Source of the DNA: a virus
Lineage: Duplodnaviria > Caudoviricetes
Reading direction: 5' to 3' (one strand)
Virus record (IMG/VR): IMGVR_UViG_3300049988_000124
Coordinates: 1-64,000 of that record
Length of the DNA stretch: 64,000 nucleotides
Shown here: positions 57,215 to 64,000 of the stretch, in pieces
Position numbering within the stretch: position 1 is the stretch's first letter
Layout: each line of letters opens with the position of its first letter
Notes under the pieces: model-generated
Databases searched by the model: none
The model's input: only the letters and a program-made list of their open reading frames with translations
What the model was told of the DNA's origin: nothing
Program-made: the position numbers and the translations under genes

Positions 57215-57825
57215 GCTCTCTCTTCCTCGACTTGCTTTGTCAGGTCGTATGCTAATATTACACCGTCGTGCGCTACTTCGATCTCGTCAGCGCGAGGAGG
57301 ACCCACGACCAATCGCATCAGAGCAACCCTGAAGTTATTTTCTAGGATACGACGCTCGAGGGGTGAGGGCTGTAGTGCATCAATGAAGTCACCGACCCGG
57401 AATGAGTAGGGATCAAGACGCTTGGGCTCTAGTACTTCTAGAACGACTTCATTGACATTGTCAAAATAGCCGCGATGTAGCATATCACGAAGATAGCGAA
57501 ACGACCGACCAATCCAACCAACTGATTTCTCACGACGAAGCGACACTGCCGCCACGCGCTTGTTGTAATAAATGATTTTACCAACTTCATAATCCGCCGT
57601 TGATCCAGGCTTACCCAGGTCCATTCGGAGCTTGCAAAGGCGACACGTCGACTTAAAAGTAGTAGCTACGTTAAAGGGCATGTGAAGAAGTTCGATCACA
57701 TCCTCTGTTTCAACAACTACTGTGTCCCATAGTTCGGTGAGGTAGTAGTTAACATCCCCACCCGTCAGAGTCTGCTGCTTTTGAGAGGCTAGTCGCCGGT
57801 CCTCTCCAGTCCTTTGTTCCGTCAT
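57205..57825 (-). CDS. DUF3310-like phage protein, partly duplicated
   Basis: GGDVNYY...EDVIELL.M.FN....FK...R...GK.....YE..KIIYY pattern. Confidence 0.55.
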   Translation of the reverse strand: MTEQRTGEDRRLASQKQQTLTGGDVNYYLTELWDTVVVETEDVIELLHMPFNVATTFKSTCRLCKLRMDLGKPGSTADYEVGKIIYYNKRVAAVSLRREKSVGWIGRSFRYLRDMLHRGYFDNVNEVVLEVLEPKRLDPYSFRVGDFIDALQPSPLERRILENNFRVALMRLVVGPPRADEIEVAHDGVILAYDLTKQVEEERACL

Positions 57826-57855
57826 TGTTGCTATCCTTGTCTACGTTTGTACCAT

Positions 57856-58290
57856 CTAGTCGGTAACTACGACCGAGGTATCATTCCCGGACATGACCTC
57901 ACGAACGATGCCGATATGGGGAACGGAGGAGCAGAAGAAATGGTAGCCGTGTTCCTCCATTGCTCCCTCTTCACCAGAAGGAGCTAGTACCTTTAGCTCT
58001 CGTGTATCCCGGTCGAAGACGACAATGGCTGGATAGTGACGACTGCGACCATGGACCTCACCACGGCACCAAACATGCTCGTTTGGAGTACAAGCGGCAA
58101 TGCGTGCCATGCACGCCATTTCCAACTTCATCCAATCCTCGTGAGAACCACGACGTTCCTTGATCTGGTCCAAGAGCGCCCGCAGCTCAGGACTTACACC
58201 ACCCAGGGCGTCTTCCACTGCCTTTTGCATCTTCATGACTGTAACTCCACTTCTCTTGTGTAAAGATAGATTCCATCTAATCGTACCCAA
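57856..58290 (-). CDS. Hypothetical protein
   Basis: 144-aa ORF; start uncertain. Confidence 0.5.
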   Translation of the reverse strand: MGTIRWNLSLHKRSGVTVMKMQKAVEDALGGVSPELRALLDQIKERRGSHEDWMKLEMACMARIAACTPNEHVWCRGEVHGRSRHYPAIVVFDRDTRELKVLAPSGEEGAMEEHGYHFFCSSVPHIGIVREVMSGNDTSVVVTD

Positions 58291-58472
58291 AGGTGTTATT
58301 TTGATTTTCGTTCATCGAAGGCCTATACGAGACAAAATTACTACCCCGAAATCATATGACCACACGCCAACAAAAATCGCACTAGGCGATCATCATGGCT
58401 GTTGTTTTTTAGTAAGGGTGTTATCCCTTCCCAAACAGTTTCAAGTGTTTTTTATACAAGAAGGAAAAAGAC

Positions 58473-61400
58473 GTGGCTAAAGTCAAACTCCTGACCCTGG
58501 CTGATGCCTTCCTGGCGATGGTTCCCAAGCTCACCTTCAAGACCACGACCCTGGCTGCCGGTAGTTCGGTAACGATCGGTACCGTGACGAGCGGGACGGA
58601 CTATGAAGTCACCCTGGGTCTGCCCAGTGGTCCTCGTGGTCTCACCGGCCTTACCCCGAACTTCACCATCGGCAACGTGGTTGCTTCCTCATCGGGCGGT
58701 GCTGCTAGTGCAGCTCTTCGCGGCACGGTTGATAACCCGATCCTTGATCTCACGATCCCTCGTGGCCTAACTGGCGCTACCCCGAACATCTCAATCGGCT
58801 CGACCTTGACCAGTGCTGCTGGTGGTTCTGCAACGGTGTCAGTGGGGGGCACTGCTGAGTCACCAGTGTTGACCTTTACGATTCCGCGTGGTAACACTGG
58901 CCTCACGCCCAACCTGACCATCGGTACGGTCAGCACTGGTGCACCGGGTACTTCGGTGATTGCTTCGTTCCGGGGCACCACGGACAATCCCATCTTGGAC
59001 CTGACGGTTCCGCGTGGTACAACGGGGCTCACTCCGAATCTCACCATTGGTAACGTCACTTCTTCGGCGGCTGGTACGAGTGCGACAGTATCACTGCGCG
59101 GTACCACTGACAATCCGATCCTCGATGTTAACATCCCGCGTGGTGCAACAGGGCTTACACCCTCGATCACGGCGGGTACGATCACGACCGGTGCTCCTGG
59201 TAGCTCGGTAATTGCCAGCTTCCGTGGCACGACCGATAACCCCATTCTGGATCTCACGATCCCTCGTGGTACGGTTGGTGTCACGCCTGCTTTCACGATC
59301 GGTAACGTTACAACTGGTGCATCTGGCACGGCAGCTGCTGCGGGGCTTCGTGGTACAGCGGAGAGTCCGATCCTTGATCTCACGATCCCTCGTGGTCTGA
59401 CGGGTCTCACCCCAAACCTTACGATCGGTAACGTCACCACCTTGACACCGGGTTCAAACGCTACGGCCAGTTTCCGTGGTACGGTTGATAACCCGATCCT
59501 TGATCTCGCCATTCCTCGTGGTACGGCGGGTGCTGGTACGGGCGATGTGGTTGCTGCCAACAACGGCAGTGAGTACGCCACTAACAAGGATAGCTTCCAC
59601 GCTAACCTGGGTGCAGGGACCGGCGTTGGTGGTGGTCGTAGTGTCTACTACGCAACCGATGCAGCAGCGGTTCGCACCGCGATTGGTGCTGTGGCAGCGT
59701 CTGCTATCGGTACAGCGGCGATGTACAACGTTGGAACCACCAGCGGTACAGTCGCAGTCCTGGAATCAAACGGTGTCTTCAACGCTGCTCGTATTCCTGT
59801 CATCATGGGTCACGCCCTCGACGTTCTGACGCCTGATGGTAGCACTACTGCTCCTGGTCTGCGCGTTCGCGCTGCCTCATCGTCGTCGTCGGTCAATGCC
59901 AACACCGCAGTGCTTCAGCTCACCGCGAACGATGGTACCGTTTACGGTAGCCTGACCTCACCTGGTGCACAGCAGCTGAACTGGGATGGTCTCTTCTACC
60001 TTCCGGCTGCCACCAACGCTCTCGGTTCGTTCTTCCGTGCTGGTACTAGTACTGCGGTGATGAGCATTGCGGGCTACTGGAATGCACTGAATACAGTCGC
60101 GTTGACAGACAATGCCAGCATCACGCCTGATTTCTCCACTGGTATCAACTTTACCCTGACGATGACCACTGGTGTTGGTGTGTCTCGCAGCTTCAACGCT
60201 CCCACTAACCTCAAGCCTGGTCAGCGCGGATTCTTCCGCATTGTTCAGCCAGCGGTCACTGACGCTGACTACCGAGTTAACTGGAACTCGTCGACGTGGA
60301 AGTGGCTCGACAGTAACACCATCGAGCCGAGGTTTAACGTTGGTAACAGCGCTGTAACCACCCTCGAGTATTTGGTTACCCAGGCAGGTGAAGTTCAGCT
60401 TTTCCCTGGTAAGTTGTTTGCTACTGTTTCTGACATCAGGGTGGGCACCCATAATGGTGCAGCACTGACACCTGGTAGGTGGTACGACGCTCTGCAGCCG
60501 GTAGGCTTGACTGATGCTTCCTCGATCAACCTGGACTTGTCAACGGCGATTAACTTCACCTTGACAATGACCACCGGGATCGGTGCGACCCGTGCGCTCA
60601 CGCTCTCGAACTCCAAGGTCGGCCAGCGCGGTTTCATTCGCTTCGTGTCACCTGCTGGCATCGCAGCGGGTACCACCTACGTCTCGACCTTCAGTAGTGG
60701 TTTCCGCTTCGATGGTGGCACTGCGCCGCTCTTCAACGCTGGTCCCAACGCTGTCACGGTTCTGGACTATGAGGTTACCGCATTTGGCGAGCTCACCATC
60801 ACTGGTGGTAAGACAAGCACACTTGCGGCTGGTAGTGCTAGTGACTTCACGACTGGTACAGCAACCACAGCGGTTAGCCCGGCATCATACTGGGGAGCGC
60901 AAGTTCCTGTCGCCTTGACCGATGCCGCGACCGTAGCCATCGATCCTACGACGGGTATCAACTTTACGTTGACCATGACGACGGCAATTGGTACGAGCCG
61001 TATCCTTGCTGCTAGTAACACTGCATCAAAGATTGGACAGCGCGGATTTATCCGCATCGTACATCCGGGCTCGGCTACACCGCACGGTATTTCATGGAGC
61101 AGTGCTTACCGCTTCATGGACGGTGTTACCATCGCACCCACGTTGAATCAAACCGCTTTCGGTGTCACGGTCATCGACTATGAGATTACGGCGAGTGGTG
61201 AGATTTCCCTGGGTCAGGGTAGGATGATTGCTACTAGCAGCGATATTCTCGCTGGGACGAGTAACACTTTCCTGACACCTGCCACGTATTGGGCGTCACA
61301 GACAACCACTACGTTGACCGATTCGGCGCTGGTGGTATTCGACTTTGCGACGGCCATCAACTTTAACCTGGTCCTAACCACAGCGGTCGGTACGAGCCGT

Positions 61401-63248
61401 ACCTTCACGGTAAACAACCCCAACCTTGTGAGAGTGGGCCAGCGTGGTTTCATTCGCGTGGTGCAACCTGCTGGTATTCCGGTAGGCACTGTTTATAGTG
61501 CAGCGTTCGGCAGTAACTTCCGGTACGGTGATAACTCAACCTCACCTCTGTTTAATCCGAATGCCAACGCCATCACTGTCTTTGACTATGAGATCACTGC
61601 CTCGCAGGAAATCAGCATCACAGGCGGTCGTACATTTGCTACGACCAGCGAGTTCCTCACAGGGACGAGCACAGCAGCGCTCAACATCGCCACTTTCTGG
61701 GCAGGACAAACTCCGGTTGTTCTAACTGATGCTTCAACTGTTTCGCTGGATCTTTCTAAGGGCATTAACTTTGCTCTGGATATGACCACGGCGACCGGTG
61801 CCACACGTACGGTCAACTTCTCGAACCTCCGGGTGGGACAGCGCGGATTTATCCGGGTCACTCAGCCAACAGACTTCGGTCTGAACAACTTCACCGTCAA
61901 CTGGGGTAGTAACTATTACACCAACAGTGGAGCTGATCCTGTACTCAATACAGGCTACACTGCTGTTACGATCATTCACTACGATGTCACCTCTGCCACT
62001 CGCATTCTGTTGAGTGCCGGTAAGCCTGCTGTCGTCAACTCCGAAGCCACGGCTGCTGAGTATCGTTCGGCCACTCCTGCTCGTGTCCTTGCACCTGATA
62101 AGGTCTGGGCCGCAAACGCACCGGTGACGCTGAGTGAAGCTGATTTCCAGAACGGTGTCAACTTCAACAACTTCATCAACGCAACTGTGACTATCAGTAC
62201 TTATAGTTACGGTTATTTCAACAACGTTGCTAATCCAGTTGCCGCTGGCATGAAGCCTGGTCAATCTGGTTGCATCACGTTTGTTGTTCCAACTGCTGGT
62301 TCTGGTGGACTTAACAACATCATTCCATTTTTCAGTTTTAACGATCAATGGTTCTTTAGTAACGGTACAGTCCCCACGTTCCCCATAAACAATCCTGGCT
62401 ACACGTTCAGGATGTACTACACCATCACTTCCACTAACACAGTGGACGTGTTCTTTGCCATGAACATGGGTCGTAGCTACGACGCTCAAGCTAAGGCTTA
62501 TTTCGATGCTATGACGCTACAGCCAGAAACTTCTCGTAAAGTTCTCATTAACAATCTGATTGTTGGTCTGAAAAACGATGGCGTCTGGTCTTTGCTTGAC
62601 AATCTATGGCTCCTTGCGAGTCATGATAATCAGTCGAGTCGCGTTAATGCAGTACGTCCATCAAACGTATTGACGTTATATGGTAGCCCCTACTTTGTAA
62701 CCAATCTGGGGTGGCAGGCAACTAGCACTTCAGGTCAGGTCGCCAACGTTGGTCTTCAGACTCCTGATGCCTACAACGGTGGCGTCAATAGGCGGCAGTC
62801 GGCAAGTGATGGTAGTTTTGGTTTTTGGCAGAATACAACGAACAGTGAAACCGGTAACGGTTATCTGATCGGTGAGGCTACCAACAACTTCTACGATTAT
62901 CTGGGCCACAGCAGTGCAAACACGTTAACCGCTCGCATTGCTGGATCTAACTCTGGTCTTGCAACCGGTGGTCAGGCGAAGGGTCTCAGGGCCGTTAGTC
63001 ATGTGACCGGTGATGCTAACCAGACTATCTTCTACAATAGCACTGGTTATACTTCTGCTTATGGAAACCAGAACAACATGACGGGAAGTGCCAAGTTCTA
63101 CTTGCTAAATGCTGGTAACCCTGGTTCCTACACCGGTACTACGAACCGTCAGGCAGCTGCGTTCACTGGTCAAGGTATGACCAGCACTCAGCTTGTTGCA
63201 ATGAATAACCGTCTAAATACCTACCTCACTGCGATTGGTGCAAACTGA
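58473..63248 (+). CDS. Long tail fibre / receptor-binding protein
   Basis: 1591 aa, GTG start with SD AAGGA. It has seven 42-aa repeats, six ~135-aa LTDA...INF...GQRGF modules and a lectin-like C-terminal domain. Confidence 0.85.
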   Translation: MAKVKLLTLADAFLAMVPKLTFKTTTLAAGSSVTIGTVTSGTDYEVTLGLPSGPRGLTGLTPNFTIGNVVASSSGGAASAALRGTVDNPILDLTIPRGLTGATPNISIGSTLTSAAGGSATVSVGGTAESPVLTFTIPRGNTGLTPNLTIGTVSTGAPGTSVIASFRGTTDNPILDLTVPRGTTGLTPNLTIGNVTSSAAGTSATVSLRGTTDNPILDVNIPRGATGLTPSITAGTITTGAPGSSVIASFRGTTDNPILDLTIPRGTVGVTPAFTIGNVTTGASGTAAAAGLRGTAESPILDLTIPRGLTGLTPNLTIGNVTTLTPGSNATASFRGTVDNPILDLAIPRGTAGAGTGDVVAANNGSEYATNKDSFHANLGAGTGVGGGRSVYYATDAAAVRTAIGAVAASAIGTAAMYNVGTTSGTVAVLESNGVFNAARIPVIMGHALDVLTPDGSTTAPGLRVRAASSSSSVNANTAVLQLTANDGTVYGSLTSPGAQQLNWDGLFYLPAATNALGSFFRAGTSTAVMSIAGYWNALNTVALTDNASITPDFSTGINFTLTMTTGVGVSRSFNAPTNLKPGQRGFFRIVQPAVTDADYRVNWNSSTWKWLDSNTIEPRFNVGNSAVTTLEYLVTQAGEVQLFPGKLFATVSDIRVGTHNGAALTPGRWYDALQPVGLTDASSINLDLSTAINFTLTMTTGIGATRALTLSNSKVGQRGFIRFVSPAGIAAGTTYVSTFSSGFRFDGGTAPLFNAGPNAVTVLDYEVTAFGELTITGGKTSTLAAGSASDFTTGTATTAVSPASYWGAQVPVALTDAATVAIDPTTGINFTLTMTTAIGTSRILAASNTASKIGQRGFIRIVHPGSATPHGISWSSAYRFMDGVTIAPTLNQTAFGVTVIDYEITASGEISLGQGRMIATSSDILAGTSNTFLTPATYWASQTTTTLTDSALVVFDFATAINFNLVLTTAVGTSRTFTVNNPNLVRVGQRGFIRVVQPAGIPVGTVYSAAFGSNFRYGDNSTSPLFNPNANAITVFDYEITASQEISITGGRTFATTSEFLTGTSTAALNIATFWAGQTPVVLTDASTVSLDLSKGINFALDMTTATGATRTVNFSNLRVGQRGFIRVTQPTDFGLNNFTVNWGSNYYTNSGADPVLNTGYTAVTIIHYDVTSATRILLSAGKPAVVNSEATAAEYRSATPARVLAPDKVWAANAPVTLSEADFQNGVNFNNFINATVTISTYSYGYFNNVANPVAAGMKPGQSGCITFVVPTAGSGGLNNIIPFFSFNDQWFFSNGTVPTFPINNPGYTFRMYYTITSTNTVDVFFAMNMGRSYDAQAKAYFDAMTLQPETSRKVLINNLIVGLKNDGVWSLLDNLWLLASHDNQSSRVNAVRPSNVLTLYGSPYFVTNLGWQATSTSGQVANVGLQTPDAYNGGVNRRQSASDGSFGFWQNTTNSETGNGYLIGEATNNFYDYLGHSSANTLTARIAGSNSGLATGGQAKGLRAVSHVTGDANQTIFYNSTGYTSAYGNQNNMTGSAKFYLLNAGNPGSYTGTTNRQAAAFTGQGMTSTQLVAMNNRLNTYLTAIGAN
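58650..59531 (+). repeat. Seven tandem 126-nt (42-aa) coding repeats
   Basis: Consensus LTPNLTIGxVTT..G..A.AS.RGT.DNPILDLTIPRG.TG. Confidence 0.92.
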
Positions 63249-63263
63249 TCTGATCTACTGGTC

Positions 63264-63291
63264 ACAGAGGAGGGCATGCGCCCTCCTCTGT
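63264..63291. terminator. Conserved hairpin after the tail fibre gene
   Basis: acagaggagggc-atgc-gccctcctctgt. Confidence 0.65.
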
Positions 63292-63377
63292 AGACTATTA
63301 TAAATGCCAATCTTATGACGCCTATTCCCGCACAAAGATGCAAGAAGGCCACGTTATTTTTACATATGAGGTAAACT

Positions 63378-64000
63378 ATGAGCACTATTACACCTCGTCT
63401 ACTGGAAGATTCTGAGACCTTCCGCACCGCGTTCGATGCTCCCAAGTATAGCGGACCGGTTGTTACCGGTGCATACGTTGAAGCTGTCACACCAAACGGT
63501 CCTGGTACCACTGGTGGTGTACGTATTCGTGTCAACGCAGCTGATGAGGCTTACCTCCAGATCCTCAGCGCTGATGGTGTTGCTGAGCGGTACAATCTGA
63601 AGTTCAAGGCTGGCCTCATGGTTGCCTCGGGGATGGTCACCACCCTGCGCGCAGCCGCTGATGCCAAGAACGACTTCCTGACAGCAGCTGCTGGTGTGTT
63701 TATCACCGCCGATGGTTTCTGGCAGGGAATGCGCATCTTTGATCTGACTGATGCCCCGATCATCACCATCGATTATTCCAAGTCAATCAACTTCAGTGTC
63801 ACCATCACTGATAACCGGACGCTTGATTTTCCACAGAACCTGAAGCAGGGTCAGCGCGGATTCATTCGTGTTCGCCAGGACTCAACTGGCGGCCGCCTGC
63901 TGGCTTTTGCCTCTGGCTACCGCTACGAAGATAACGTTACGGCTCCGATCCTGAACTCAGCCGCGAATGCTGTCACGGTTCTTCGCTACGAGGTGACGGG
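63378..64000 (+). CDS. Second tail-fibre-related protein (partial, runs off the window)
   Basis: MSTITPRLLEDSE... with SD GAGG; contains DLTDAPIITIDYSKSINF...KQGQRGFIRVRQD, the same module as the upstream fibre. Confidence 0.8.
   Translation, partial: MSTITPRLLEDSETFRTAFDAPKYSGPVVTGAYVEAVTPNGPGTTGGVRIRVNAADEAYLQILSADGVAERYNLKFKAGLMVASGMVTTLRAAADAKNDFLTAAAGVFITADGFWQGMRIFDLTDAPIITIDYSKSINFSVTITDNRTLDFPQNLKQGQRGFIRVRQDSTGGRLLAFASGYRYEDNVTAPILNSAANAVTVLRYEVT

Noticed and set aside
58650-62200. Possible CRISPR array or non-coding repeat
   Set aside because: The repeats are in-frame protein repeats with synonymous divergence; there are no identical repeats with unique spacers.
1-64000. Stop-codon reassignment
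   Set aside because: Conserved genes are full-length under the standard code, and no suppressor tRNA was seen.

Overview
This window is about 64 kb from the interior of a phiKZ-like, nucleus-forming jumbo phage (Chimalliviridae-type). It has no rRNA, no CRISPR array and no host housekeeping synteny. All calls come from motifs and remembered gene order; no database search was run. Core genes: probable chimallin (12186-13847) directly upstream of a non-virion RNA polymerase beta-prime subunit with NADFDGD; a ChmC-like protein with a Gly-rich tail, truncated at the left edge; SbcD and SbcC; a UvsX/RecA-like recombinase; a DnaB-like helicase next to the 746-aa major capsid protein; the N-terminal half of a split family-B DNA polymerase; a RuvC-like resolvase; PhuZ tubulin; internal head proteins; and repeat-built tail fibres. 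Accessory genes include cyclophilin, AlkB, a J-domain protein, an HD hydrolase, PhoH, DHFR, ThyA and peptide deformylase. Some look alphaproteobacterial, which hints at the host (inference). Seven TATATTAC early-promoter boxes and a conserved family of purine/pyrimidine hairpins punctuate the region. The most unusual structure is at 7291-7969. A tRNA-Leu(UAA) gene is split by an insert bounded by 10-bp near-direct repeats. The insert carries a second, complete tRNA-Leu(UAA) inside a 17-bp inverted repeat, then an HNH endonuclease gene. The HNH start codon lies in the stem and its stop codon is the anticodon of the broken outer tRNA. A candidate Tad1-like anti-defence sponge and a coiled-coil/cyclophilin fusion are also flagged.
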